Positions 39,338-55,838 of a stretch of DNA of 64,000 bases are shown one piece after another. The stretch is from Anthoceros angustus (Eukaryota > Plantae > Anthocerotophyta). The translations under genes were made by a program, and so were the position numbers. Each line of letters starts with the position of its first letter. Within the stretch, counting starts at the first letter, position 1. Location: contig VJWM01000119.1 in NCBI GenBank assembly GCA_010909165.1, positions 62,001 to 126,000 on the forward strand, in the 5' to 3' direction. The notes under the pieces were generated by a model. It did not search any database. It was not told the DNA's origin and saw nothing but the letters and a program-made list of their open reading frames with translations.

Positions 39338-42099
39338 ATAGATTAATGTATATTCTAGTTGAAAAAAATTATAGCTCTTAATTTAGATTTTATAAATACA
39401 AGTAATAAATTTATCCAATACTTAATATATTTATTTTTACAAATATTATTTTTCTCTTAAATGCCTTATTTTTCCCTTTATGATGCGTTTTTCCATGGAT
39501 TGGAGACTATGAATCAGTATTAATGGGGTGGTTGGGGCTAAGCTCTAGTCCAAGTCCCACATTCAAGACAACGAAATGGAAGCCTAGACGTATCACCAGT
39601 CTTAAGCATGAGCATTTGGACAACTGCTTGGTAGACATGTTTGCAAAATCCTTATTAGCTGGCGGCGGCAAAGCACGAGGATGAAACAATTGCTGCAACA
39701 CAATTGAGGAGGCTATGCAAGCCGCTATCCACATGAACATTGTGGAGTGAAGCAAGGCTCGGTTCAAGTCATAGCGACTCGCTATAGCCAATGAAGGTGG
39801 CTCCTCCTTGCCCTAACATGCCCTATCAAGGGCAAGGAGCCCTATGAGAACACAACTAAGAGTGAGTTGCAAGGCGACAAGGGCACATTGTTGCTGCCCG
39901 AGCTCTTCTGACAAGCTTGGAGAGGAAGAGCCATCCCACCACACAACAAGAAAGCTAGTGTGAGGAAGGAGGAGGGAGGCAACTAAGGGTCACAAGAAGG
40001 CAAAGCGCGAACAATAATTTAGACTTGGTGACAACCCGACATGTTATCCAAGACCCAATCTCGATACCGGAAAGGAAGGCTGTGGCTCGTGATCCAAGAG
40101 CACTTAGGAGCTGGCCACAACGATGACTTGAAGATGAACCAGAGAATATTCATGCTTCCTCGAAGAATATTCATGCTTTTCACTCGGAGGAGCTCAAATT
40201 CCAAGTCTCCAATCCTCGATCCTTCACCTTTGCTCATATGACCTCTTGCGGCTATACTAGCTAGGGCTTCGCAAACGCCCGCAACTCTGACTGCTCGAAA
40301 GGCGTTCTGCAACTTAAACCTCACTCGCTCAACCAAATGAATCTGGAATGATGGCGGAATGTGGTTACGAGGGCTACCACGAACAAATATCGACGACCTT
40401 CATATCTGTGAAAGAAATGCACAAACCTTAAGCACTGACACCCCAGAGCTTGGCCAACTGTCTCTCACAATGTTTCCTTGTCGTATTCAAGTAGCCTCTC
40501 TTTGGTTCCCCATAGCTTGTTACGACATTGGCGTATGAGGTTAGCTGGCGGGGCGGCAAAGCGAGGATGAAACAATTCTGCAACACAATTGAGGAGGCTA
40601 TGCAAGCCGCTATCCACATGAACATTGTGGGTGAAGCAAGGCTCCGGTTCAAGTCATAGCGACTCCGGCTATAGCCAATGAAGGTGGCTCCTCCTTGCCC
40701 TAACATGCCCTATCAAGGGCAAGGAGCCCTATGAGAACACAACTAAGAGTGAGTTGCAAGGCGACAAGGGCACATTGTTGCTGCCCGAGCTCTTCTGACA
40801 AGCTTGGAGAGGAAGAGCCATCCCACCACACAACAAGAAAGCTAGTGTGAGGAAGGAGGAGGGAGGCAACTAAGGGTCACAAGAAGGCAAAGCGAACAAT
40901 AATTTAGACTTGGTGACAACCCGACATGTTATCCAAAGACCCAATCTCGATACCGGAAAGGAAGGCTGTGGCTCGTGATCCAAGAGCACTTAGGGGCTGG
41001 CCAAGCAGTGACTTGAAGATGAACCGGAGAATATTCATGCTTCCTCGAAGAATATTCATGCTTTTCACTCGGAGCTCAAATTCCAAGTCTCCAATCCTCG
41101 ATCCTTCACCTTTGCTCATATGACCTCTTGCGGCTATACTAGCTAGGGCTTCGCAAACGCCCGCAACTCTGACTGCTCGAAAGGCGTTCTGCAACAACCT
41201 CACTCGCTCAACCAAATGAATCACGAATGATGGCGGAATGTAGTTCTGAGGGCTACCACGAACAAATATCGGCGACCTTCATATCTGTGAAAGAAATGCA
41301 CAAACCTTAAGCATGACACCCCGAGCTTGGCCAATCATCTCTCTCACAATGTTTCCTTGTCGTATTCAAGTAGCCTCTCTTTGGTTCCCCATAGCTTATT
41401 ACGACATTGTGATTATGAGGTTAGCAGTGGCTTTCATCCACACATCAAGGGCTAAAACCCATAAAACACCAACGGTGACATCATGAGTTATAAATCATTT
41501 GGTTCAATAAAATACACATTCACACGAACGCTTTAGGTAAAAAGTCGAGTGGAGAGGTGGAGACCGCAAAGAGCGCAAGAGGAGCTTAATTGGTGTGCAC
41601 TCTTTGCTCACACCTCCGGCCTGCACCTTGGGCAGCTGCTCATGAGATGCACACACATGGCGACCAAGCGGCCTACACACCCGGCGACCCTCGGCGACCT
41701 CTGGCTATCCCGAGGCGTATTCGGATAGTGTGCGGGACACATCGGATCTCCCTATCTACCTATATCCTAATTATCCTTGGGCTTTGGCAAAATGCCTCTA
41801 TTTACCTATCCTAATATTGTATCTATTTATGTGCCTTGCTCATGTCCTTGGGCTTTAGCGCCTTCCTCTTCTTGCCTATATATGCACATTGACACATCCA
41901 AGGCACCCTACCACGACCTTATCATACATCTTCTACCCGATGCAAAATGTCTACTCTTGTACATGGACTTTGTAAGCGTCATAAAAGGAGGAATATAATA
42001 TCATGTGATTATGTAGCAAACAAAGTCCCATCGTCTGATGTACTCAAAAGAAATTTTCTCAACTGCTTTGATATGCTAAAGATTTCATGCTCCAAAAGA

Positions 42100-42560
<461 letters not shown>

Positions 42561-43114
42561 AGGGTGGAGACAAAGAGCGCAAGAGGAGCTTAATTGGTGT
42601 GCACTCTTTGCTCACACCTCCCACACCGCACTGAGAGCCGCTCATGAGATGCACACACATGGCGACCAAAGCCTACACTGCCGGCGACCCTCGGCGACCC
42701 AATGGCTATCCCGAGGCGTATTCGGATAGTGTGCGGGACACATCGGATCTCCCTATCTACCTATATCCTAATTATCCTTGGCTTTGCAAAATGCCCTCAT
42801 TTACCTATCCTAATATTGTATCTATTTATGTGCCTTGCTCATGTCCTTGGGCTTTAAGCCCTCTTCTTGCCTATATATGCACATTGACCGCATCCAAGGC
42901 ACCCTACCACGAACAAATATCGACGACCTTATCATACATCTTCTACCCGATGCAAAATGTCTACTCTTGTACATGGACTTTGTACCGGCGTCATAAAAGG
43001 AGGAATATAATATCATGTGATTATGTAGCAAACAAAGTCCCATCGATGTACTCCAAAAGAAATTTTCTCAACTGCTTTGATATGCTAAAGATTTCATGCT
43101 CCAAGTCGAAAAGA

Positions 43115-43944
<830 letters not shown>

Positions 43945-44099
43945 ATAGATTAATGTATATTCTAGTTGAAAAAAATTATAGCTCTTAATTTAGATTTTAT
44001 AAATACAAGTAATAAATTTATCCAATACTTAATATATTTATTTTTACAAATATTATTTTTTCTTGCGCCCCATGGGTGGACCAAACTACGATAGCAAAT

Positions 44100-45638
44100 T
44101 GTGGAGTGCCAAAATTTATGGAGTGGTCCGTCCTTGCGAGGTCCGATGGAGTGGTCCAGTGGTTTAGTTTGGGGCATCGCTGGCATGGACCCTACATTTT
44201 GGCAACCTTGCAAAAGTGCTGATCGCTACGTCCGGGGTTACGACCGTTAGGATACATACATAGCGTTAGGATACATACATAGGCGGGTTAGGTTAGGGTA
44301 TGGAGTATATAGGAAGGCAAGTCAAGGCGACTCGGTACCATCTTCCTCCTTGCTCTTGCCTTTCGTGCTCGAGCGGAGTGAGTTCTGCGTCACCGTGCGG
44401 GATTAATTGGTGGTAGAGGATGTGTTTAGAGCTCGTGACGAGCTCCGCCAACACGCTTGATGGGTGCGGAGGGGCGGACTGAGCTCGGGAGGTGCTCGGT
44501 GAAGGGCGCGAAACTAACCTTGGGCTTTGGCAAAATGCCCTATCAAGGGCAAGGAGCCCTATGAGAACACAATTGAGGAGGCCGGAGGATTAGGAGGCGC
44601 TTGGGGTGACACAAGAGCCATCCCACCACACAACAAGAAAGCTAGTGTGAGGAAGGAGGAGGGAGGCAACTAAGGGTCACAAGAAGGCAAAGCGAACAAT
44701 AATTTAGACTTGGTGACAACCCGACATGTTATCCGACCCAATCTCGATACTGTGGAAAGGAAGGCGTGTGGCTCTGTGATCCAAGAGCACTTAGGGGCGC
44801 AAAGCACGAGGATGAAACAATGACTTGAAGATGAACCAGAGAATATTCATGCTTCCTCGAAGAATATTCATGCTTTTCACTCGGAGGAGCTCAAATTCCA
44901 AGTCTCAATCCTCGATCCTTCACCTTTGCTCATATGACCTCTTGCGGCTATACTAGCTAGGCTTCAAAGCCCCCAATTGCCGCCCGGGGTTCTCTAAACC
45001 TCACTCGCTCAACCAAATGAATCAGATTAATGGGGTGGACCAACTACGATAGCAAATTGTGGAGGAGCTCAAAGTGAAGCCACTTCTCTGAGCGTGAAGC
45101 GGTCGGAGGATTAGGAGGCGCTTGGGGTGACTGTGGCGGAAGCCATCCTTGAGGCTATTTGGACGGAGGCACGTGGTGTTGCAGTGCAAAGCTACTTCTC
45201 CATGAGCGTGAAGCGGTAGGAAGGCAAAGCGGCTGGTGTGAATACATCGGCGTGTTGGTGTTGTGACTACCGGTGGTGATGGACAAGAGGAGCTCAAATT
45301 CCAAGTCTCAATCCTCGATCCTTGCGAGGTCCGATGGAGTGGTCCGTCCTTGCGAGGTCCGATGGAGTGGTCCGTCCTTGCGAGGTCCGATGGAGGAGCA
45401 GCGTCGCTAAACACTATACAATTTGCAAAACATAATGCCAAAATTTATGGAGTGGTCCGTCCTTGCGAGGTCCGACGAGTTGTGGAGGAGCACACCCTTA
45501 GGGTTGTGGAGCCGGACCCAACATGATGAAGTCCCACGATGGGGTCAAGAGCTCAGGCATAAACGAGACCATTCCACTGGAACGAACTTCTTCCTACAAC
45601 GACACGGATTGCGCTTTTTTCAATGAAGTCGCGCCACA
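44100..45638. mobile_element. second, scrambled rendering of the solo-LTR-like element
   Basis: CAAAT|TGTGGAGTGCC at 44,100 and GTCGCGCCACA|CAAAT at 45,638. The interior mixes LTR and array-unit fragments. Confidence 0.55.
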
Positions 45639-46106
45639 CAAATCGAGGAGTTTGATTTGCAAACCATGTTGCGACCAAAGGATGGCAAAACATTGTTTGA
45701 CGCACAACTCATTGCCAAACATTTTAATGTTTCTCCTCGTAACACGTCTCTACCTCAACTTAAAACATTGCCGCCAACTTATACATCAAGTTCTAACGCA
45801 TTTTGAGGCGAAACCAACTACATAGATAATGGTTGCAAAGGACTTCTCTATATATGCACATTGACCGCATCCAAGGCACCCTACCACGAACTTATCATAC
45901 ATCTTCTACCCGATGCAAAATGTCTACTCTTGTACATGGACTTTGTCTGCGTCATAAAAGGAGGAATATAATATCATGTGATTATGTAGCAAACAAAGTC
46001 CCATCGTCTGATGTACTCAAAGAAATTTTCTCAACTGCTTTGATATGCTAAAGATTTCATGCTTCCTCGAAGAATATTCATGACCCCGAGGTCTTAGCGA
46101 AACACT

Positions 46107-46799
<693 letters not shown>

Positions 46800-48714
46800 A
46801 TAGATTAATGTATATTCTAGTTGAAAAAATTATAGCTCTTAATTTAGATTTTATAAATACAAGTAATAAATTTATCAATACTTAATATATTTATTTTTAC
46901 AAATATTATTTTTCTCTTAAATGCCTTATTTTTCCCCTTTATGATGCGTTTTTCCATGGATTGGAGACTATGAATCAGATTAATGGGGTGGTTGGGGCTA
47001 AGCTCTAGTCCAAGTCCCACATTCAAGACAACAGAAATGGAAGCCTAGGCGTATCACGTGGCAAAAGTCTTAAGCGGTGAGCATTTGGACAAGCTTGGTA
47101 GACATGTTTGCAAAATCCTTATTAGCTGGCAGGCCGCAAAGCACGAGGATGAAACAATTGCGCTGCAACACAATTGAGGAGGCTATGCAAGCCGCTATCC
47201 ACATGAACATTGTGGGTGAAGCAAGGCTCGGTTCAAGTCATAGCGACTCATATAGCCAATGAAGGGCTGGCTCCTCCTTGCCCTAACATGCCCTATCAAG
47301 GGCAAGGAGCCCTATGAGAACACAACTAAGAGTGAGTTGCAAGGCGACAAGGGCACATTGTTGCTGCCCGAGCTCTTGCAAGCTTGGAGAGGAAGAGCCA
47401 TCCCACCACACAACAAGAAAGCTAGTGTGAGGAAGGAGGAGGAGGCAACTAAGGGTCACAAGAAGGCAAAGCGAACAATAATTTAGACTTGGTGACAACC
47501 CGACATGTTATCCGACCCAATCTCGATACTGTGGAAAGGAAGGCGTGGCTCGTGATCCAAAAAGAGGAGCTAAGCGGTGACTTAAGATGAACCGGAGAAT
47601 ATTCATGCTTCCTCAAGAATATTCATGCTTTTCACTCGGAGGAGCTCAAATTCCAAGTCTCCAATCCTCGATCCTTCACCTTTGCTCATATGACCTCTTG
47701 CGGCTATACTAGCTAAGCTCTAGTCCAAGTCCCACATTCAAGACAAAGGCGTTCTCTGCAACTTAAACCTCACTCGCTCAACCAAATGAATCTGAATGAT
47801 GGCGAATGTGGTTACGAGGGCTACCACGAACAAATATCGACCTTCATATCTGAAAGAAATGCACAAACCTTAAGCACGAGGATGAAACAATTTGCAAAAC
47901 ATTGCTCTCTCACAATGTTTCCTTGTCGATCAAGTAGCCTCTCTTTTGGTTCCCCATAGCTTGTTACGACATTGATGAGGTTAGCAGTGGCTTTCATCCA
48001 CACATCAAGGGCTAAAACCCATAAAACACCAACGGTGACATCATGAGTTATAAATCATTTGGTTCAATAAAATACACATTCACACGAAACGCTTTAGGTA
48101 AAAAGGCGAGTGGAGAGGTGGAGACCAAAGCGCAAGAGGAGCTTAATTGGTGTGCACTCTTTGCTCACACCTCCGGCCTTTGCACCTTGGACGAGCTGCT
48201 CATGAGATGCACACACATGGCGACCAAAGCGCAAGAGGAGCTTAATTGGTGTGCACTCTTTGCTCATATGACCTCTTGCGGCTATCCCCAAGGGCGTATT
48301 CGGATAGTGTGCGGGACACATCAGGATCTCCCTATCTACCTATATCCTAATTATCCTTGGGCTTTGGCAAAATGCCCTCTATTTACCTATCCTAATATTG
48401 TATCTATTTATGTGCCTTGCTCATGTCCTTGGGCTTTGGCCCTTCCTCTTCTTGCCTATATATGCACATTGACCGCATCCAAGGCACCCTACCACGACAA
48501 CACCTTATCATACATCTTCTACCGATGCAAAATGTCTACTCTTGTACATGGACTTTGTCTACGTCATAAAAGGAGGAATATAATATCATGTGATTATGTA
48601 GCAAACAAAGTCCCATCGTGATGTACTAAAAGAAATTTTCTCAACTGCTGATATGCTAAAGATTTCATGCTCCAAGTGAAAGAAATGCACAAACCTTAAG
48701 CACAATGACTGGCA

Positions 48715-49396
48715 GAGCAATACAAGGACATCACAATCAAGACCCACTCTATAAATGCATTAAAGGAGATGAAACATTGGAAGTATTGGAGAAGTAGATA
48801 TAAGCTTTTCTCTAAGTATGATTGGGGCATCAATGGACAAAGAAGCATTATATTGATGACCCCGAGGTCTTAGCGAAACACTGTGCATCGAGGTGTCGAC
48901 CAAAATCAAAAATTATAGATGGTTTCTTTGGTGCCGGAAACACTATACAATTTGCATTGCAAGGACATCAAGTTACGAATTGACATCGACCACAGAAGAT
49001 TGAATTTGCAAAACATAATGCCAAAATTTATGGAGTACAAGATCGTATTGAATTTATCGTTGGAGACTTTTCAAACTTGCTCCCAAGCTAAAGGCGGACG
49101 TTGTTTTCTTGCGCCCCCATGGGGTGGACCAACTACGATAGCAAATCGAGGAGTTTGATTTGCAAACCATGTTGCAGCCAAAGGATGGCAAAACATTGTT
49201 TGACGCACAACTCATTCGCCAAACATTTTAATGTTTCTCCTCGTAACACGTCTCTACCTCAACTTAAAACATTGCCAACTTATACATCAAGTTCTAGCAT
49301 TACATTTTGAGGCGAAACCAACTACATAGATAATGGTTGCAAAGGACTTACATGTATTATGGAGATTTCCTTGCTCCTAAAAGAACTAGATTTTAG
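48715..49396 (+). CDS. TGS1: TGS1-like copy, indel-damaged
   Basis: Same motif series. FLAPPWGGP is readable at ~49,105. Confidence 0.7.
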
Positions 49397-49752
49397 ATAG
49401 ATTAATGTATATTCTAGTTGAAAAAAATTATAGCTCTTAATTTAGATTTTATAAATACAAGTAATAAATTTATCCAATACTTAATATATTTATTTTTACA
49501 AATATTATTTTTCTCTTAAATGCCTTATTTTTCCCTTTATGATGCGTTTTTCCATGGATTGGAGACTATGAATCAGATTAATGGGGTGGTTGGGGCTAAG
49601 CTCTAGTCCAAGTCCCACATTCAAGACAAGAAATGGAAGCCTAGGCGTATCACTGTGGCAAAAGTCTTAAGCAGTGAGCATTTGGACAAGCTGGTAGACA
49701 TGTTTGCAAAATCCTTATTAGCTGGCGGGCCCGGCAAAGCACGAGGATGAAA

Positions 49753-50180
49753 CAATTGACATCGACCACAGAAGATTGAATTTGCAAAACATAATGCCAA
49801 AATTTATGGAGTACAAGATCGTATTGAATTTATCGTTGGAGACTTTTCAAACTTGCTCCCAAGCTAAAGCGGACGTTGTTTTCTTGCGCCCCCATGGGGT
49901 GGACCAACTACGATAGCAAATCGAGGGAGTTTGATTTGCAAACCATGTTGCAGCCAAAGGATGGCAAAACATTGTTTGAGCAGCACAACTCATTGCGCCA
50001 AATATTTTAATGTTTCTACCTCGTAACACGTCTCTACCTCAACTGAAAACATTGCCGCCAGCTTATACATCAAGTTCTAACGTACATTTTGAGGCGGAAA
50101 GCAACTACATAGATAATGGTTGCAAAGGACTTACTGTATATTATGGAGATTTCCTTCCTCCTAAAAGAACTAGATTTTAG
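49753..50180 (+). CDS. TGS1: TGS1-like 3' half only
   Basis: Entered by a jump at ACAATTG. Runs from IDID to the stop. Confidence 0.55.
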
Positions 50181-52085
50181 ATAGATTAATTTATATTCTA
50201 GTTGAAAAAAATTATAGCTCTTAATTTAGATTTTATAAATACAAGTAATAAATTTATCCAATACTTAATATATTTATTTTTACAAATATTATTTTTCTCT
50301 TAAATGCCTTATTTTTCCCTTTATGATGCGTTTTCCATGGATTGGAGACTATGAATCAGATTAATGGGGTGGTTGGGGCTAAGCTCTAGTCCAAGTCCCA
50401 CATTCAAGACAAGAAATGGAAGCCTAGGCGTATCACTGTGGCAAAAGTCTTAAGCGGTGAGCATTTGGACAATGCTTGGTAGACATGTTTGCAAAATCCT
50501 TATTAGCTGGCGGGCCCGGCAAAGCACGAGGATGAAACAATTCTTGCAACACAATTGAGGAGGCTATGCAAGCCGCTATCCACATGAACATTGTGGAGTG
50601 AAGCAAGGCTCGGTTCAAGTCATAGCACTCGCTAGCCAATGAAGGGCTCCTCCTTGCCCTAACATGCCCTATCAAGGGCAAGGAGCCCTATGAGAACACA
50701 ACTAAGAGTGAGTTGCAAGGCGACAAGGGCACATTGTTGCTGAGCTCTTGCAAGCTTGGAGGAAGAGCCATCCCACCACACAACAAGAAAGCTAGTGTGA
50801 GGAAGGAGGAGGGAGGCAACTAAGGGTCACAAGAAGGCAAAGCGCGAACAATAATTTAGACTTGGTGACAACCCGACATGTTATCCGACCCAATCTCGAT
50901 ACTGTGGAAAGGAAGTGTGGCTCGTGATCCAAGAGCACTTAGGAGCTGGCCGCAACGTGACTTGAAGATGAACCAGAGAATATTCATGCTTCCTCGAAGA
51001 ATATTCATGCTTTTCACTCGGAGGAGCTCAAATTCCAAGTCTCAATCCTCGATCCTTCACCTTTGCTCATATGACCTCTTGCGGCTATACTAGCTAGGGC
51101 TTACGCGCAACTCTAAGCCGCTCAGAAATTCTCTGCAACTTAAACCTCACTCGCTCAACCAAATGAATCTGAATGATGGCGGAATGTGGTTACGAGGGCT
51201 ACCACGAACAAATATCGACCTTCATATCTGAAAGAAATGCACAAACCTTAAGCATGACACCCCGAGAGCTTGGCCAATCTCTCTCACAATGTTTCCTTGT
51301 CGATCAAGTAGCCTCTCTTTGGTTCCCCATAGCTTGTTACGACATTGGTATGAGGTTAGCAAGTGGCTTTCATCCACACATCAAGGGCTAAAACCCATAA
51401 AACACCAACGGTGACATCATGAGTTATAAATCATTTGGTTCAATAAAATACACATTCACACGAAACGCTTTAGGTAAAAGGCGAGTGGAGAGGGTGGAGA
51501 CCGCAAAGAGCGCAAGAGGAGCTTAATTGGTGTGCACTCTTTGCTCACACCTCCGGCCTGCACCTTGGGCAGCTGCTGAGATGCACACACATGGCGACCA
51601 AGCGGCCTACACTGCCGGCGACCTCTGGCGACCTACCGGCTATCCCGAGACGTATTCGGATAGTGTGCGGGACACATCGGGATCTCCTATCTACCTATAT
51701 CCTAATTATCCTTGGGCTTTGGCAAAATGCCTCTATTTACCTATCCTAATATTGTATCTATTTATGTGCCTTGCTCATGTCCTTGGGCTTTGCAAGCGCC
51801 CTTCCTCTTCTTGCCTATATATGCACATTGACACATCCAAGGCACCCTACCACGACAACAAACCTTATCATACATCTTCTACCGATGCAAAATGTCTACT
51901 CTTGTACATGGACTTTGTACCGACGTCATAAAAGGAGGAATATAATATCATGTGATTATGTAGCAAACAAAGTCCCATCGATGTACTCAAAGAAATTTTC
52001 TCAACTGCTTTGATATGCTAAAGATTTCATGCTCCAAGTGAGCATTTGGACAAGCTGCTTGGTAGACATGTTTGCAAAACATTGC

Positions 52086-52755
52086 AAGGACATCACAATC
52101 AAGACCCACTCTATAAATGCATTAAAGGAGATGAAACATTGGAAGTATTGAGAAGTAGATATAAGCTTTTCTCTAAGTATGATTGGGGCATCAAGCTGGA
52201 CAAAGAAGCATTATATTGATGACCCCGGTCTTAGCGAAACACCGAGCATCGAGGTGTCGACCAAAATCAAAAATTATAGATGGTTTCTTTGGTGCCGGAA
52301 ACACTATACAATTTGCATTACAAGGACATCAAGTTACAATTGACATCGACCACGAGAAGATTGAATTTGCAAAACATAATGCCAAAATTTATGGAGTACA
52401 AGATCGTATTGAATTTATCGTTGGAGACTTTTTCAAACTTGCTCCCAAGCTAAAGGCGGACGTTGTTTTCTTGCGCCCCATGGGGTGGACCAAACTCGAT
52501 AGCAAATCGAGGAGTTTGATTTGCAAACCATGTTGCAAAGGATGGCAAAACATTGTTTGACGGCACAACTCATTGCGCCAAACATTTTAATGTTTCTCCC
52601 TCGTAACACGCCTCTACCTCAACTTAAAACATTGCCGCCAACTTATACATCAAGTTCTAACGCATTACATTTTGGAAACCAACTACATAGATAATGGTTG
52701 CAAAGGACTTGTGTATTATGGAGATTTCCTTGCTCCTAAAAGAACTAGATTTTAG
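52086..52755 (+). CDS. TGS1: TGS1-like copy, indel-damaged
   Basis: Same motif series. Confidence 0.7.
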
Positions 52756-55154
52756 ATAGATTAATGTATATTCTAGTTGAAAAAAAATTATAGCTCTTAA
52801 TTTAGATTTTATAAATACAAGTAATAAATTTATCCAATACTTAATATATTATTTTTACAAATATTATTTTTCTCTTAAATGCCTTATTTTTCCCCTTTAT
52901 GATGCGTTTTTCCATGGATTGGAGACTATGAATCAGATTAATGGGGTGGTTGGGGCTAAGCTCTAGTCCAAGTCCCACATTCAAGACAATAAATGGAAGC
53001 CTAGGCGTATCACATGGCAAAAGTCTTAAGCATGGTGAGCATTTGGACAATCGCTTGGTAGACATGTTTGCAAAATCCTTATTAGCTGGCGGGGCCCGCA
53101 AAGCACGAGGATGAAACAATTGCGCTGCAACACAATTGAGGAGGCTATGCAAGCCGCTATCCACATGAACATTGTGGAGTGAAGCAAGGCTCGGTTCAAG
53201 TCATAGCTCGGCTATAGCCAATGAAGGGCTCCTCCTTGCCCTAACATGCCCTATCAAGGGCAAGGAGCCCTATGAGAACACAACTAAGAGTGAGTTGCAA
53301 GGCGACAAGGGCACATTGTTGCTGCCGAGCTCTTGCAAAGCTTGAGAGGAAGAGCCATCCCACCACACAACAAGAAAGCTAGTGTGAGGAAGGAGGAGGG
53401 AGGCAACTAAGGGTCACAAGAAGGCAAAGCGAACAATAATTTAGACTTGGTGACAACCCGACATGTTATCCAAAGACCCAATCTCGATACTGTGGAAAGG
53501 AAGGCTGTGGCTCGTGATCCAAGAGCACTTAGGGGAGCCACAGCAGTGACTTGAAGATGAACGAGAATATTCATGCTTCCTCAAGAATATTCATGCTTTT
53601 CACTCGGAGGAGCTCAAATTCCAAGTCTCCAATCCTCCGATCCTTCACCTTTGCTCATATGACCTCTTGCGGCTATACTAGCTAGGGCTTCGCCCACCCA
53701 CTACATGCTCGAAGGCGTTCTCGCAACTTAAACCTCACTCGCTCAACCAAATGAATCTGAATGATGGCGGAATGTGGTTCTGAGGGCTACCACGAACAAA
53801 TATCGACGACCTTCATATCTGAAAGAAATGCACAAACCTTAAGCATGACACCCCAGAGCTTGGCCAACTGTCTCTCACAATGTTTCCTTGTCGTGAAGTA
53901 GCCTCTCTTTGGTTCCCCATAGCTTGTTACGACATTGGATGAGGTTAGCAGTGGCTTTCATCCACACATCAAGGGCTAAAACCCATAAAACACCAACGGT
54001 GACATCATGAGTTATAAATCATTTGGTTCAATAAATACACATTCACACGAACGCTTTAGGTAAAAAGTCGAGTGGAGAGGGTGGAGACCGCAAAGAGCGC
54101 AAGAGGAGCTTAATTGGTGTGCACTCTTTGCTCACACCTCGGCCTGCACCTTGCACCACATGAGATGCACACACATGGCGACCAAAATCAAAAATTATAG
54201 CTCTTAATTTAGACTTGGTGACAACCCGACATGTTATCCAGACGATTCGGATAGTGTGCGGGACACATCGTGATCTCCCTATCTACCTATATCCTAATTA
54301 TCCTTGGGCTTTGGCAAAATGCCCTCTATTTACCTATCCTAATATTGTATCTATTTATGTGCCTTGCTCATGTCCTTGGGCTTTGGCAAGCCCTTCCTCT
54401 TCTTGCCTATATATGCACATTGACAAGATGAGGTTAGCAGTGGCTTTCATCCACACATCAAGGGCTAAAACCCATAAAACACCAACGGTGACATCATGAG
54501 TTATAAATCATTTGGTTCAATAAATACACATTCACACGAACGCTTTAGGTAAAAAGTCGAGTGGAGAGGGTGGAGACCGCAAAGAGCAAGAGGAGCTTAA
54601 TTGGTGTGCACTCTTTGCTCACACCTCGGCCTGCACCTTGGACGATACCTATGAGATGCACACATGGCGACCAAAGAGCGCAAGAGGAGCTTAATTGGTG
54701 TGCACTCTTTGCTCACACCTCGGCTATCCCAGACGATTCGGATAGTGTGCGGGACACATCGTGATCTCCCTATCTACCTATATCCTAATTATCCTTGGGC
54801 TTTGGCAAAATGCCCTCTATTTACCTATCCTAATATTGTATCTATTTATGTGCCTTGCTCATGTCCTTGGGCTTTGGCAAGCCCTTCCTCTTCTTGCCTA
54901 TATATGCACATTGACCGCATCCAAGGCACCCTACCACGACAATGACCTTATCATACATCTTCTACCGATGCAAAATGTCTACTCTTGTACATGGACTTTG
55001 TACCGACGTCATAAAAGGAGGAATATAATATCATGTGATTATGTAGCAAACAAAGTCCCATCGTACATGTACTCAAAGAAATTTTCTCAACTCGCTGATA
55101 TGCTAAAGATTTCATGCTCCAAGGCGTTCTGCAACACAATTGACATCGACCACA

Positions 55155-55838
55155 GAGAGCAATACAAGGACATCACAATCAAGACCCACTCTATAAATGC
55201 ATTAAAGGAGATGAAACATTGGAAGTATTGGAGAAGTAGATATAAGCTTTTCTCTAAGTATGATTGGGGCATCAAGCTGGACAAAGAAGCATTATATTCA
55301 TGACCCCAGGTCTTAGCGAAACACTGTGCATCGAGGTGTCACCAAAATCAAAAATTATAGATGGTTTCTTTGGTGCCGGAAACACTATACAATTTGCATT
55401 GCAAGGACATCAAGTTACAATTGACATCGACCACAGAAGATTGAATTTGCAAAACATAATGCCAAAATTTATGGAGTACAAGATCGTATTGAATTTATCG
55501 TTGGAGACTTTTCAAACTTGCTCCCAAGCTAAAGGCGACGTTGTTTTCTTGCGCCCCATGGGGTGGACCAACTACGATAGCAAATCGAGGGAGTTTGATT
55601 TGCAAACCATGTTGCGACCAAAGGATGGCAAAACATTGTTTGACGGCACAACTCATTGCGCCAAACATTTTAATGTTTCTCCTCGTAACACGTCTCTACC
55701 TCAACTTAAAACATTGCCGCCAACTTATACATCAAGTTCTAACGACATTTTGAGGCGAAACCAACTACATAGATAATGGTTGCAAAGGACTTCATGTATT
55801 ATGGAGATTTCCTTGCTCCTAAAAGAACTAGATTTTAG
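55155..55838 (+). CDS. TGS1: TGS1-like copy, indel-damaged
   Basis: Same motif series, including [15 protein letters not shown]. Confidence 0.7.
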
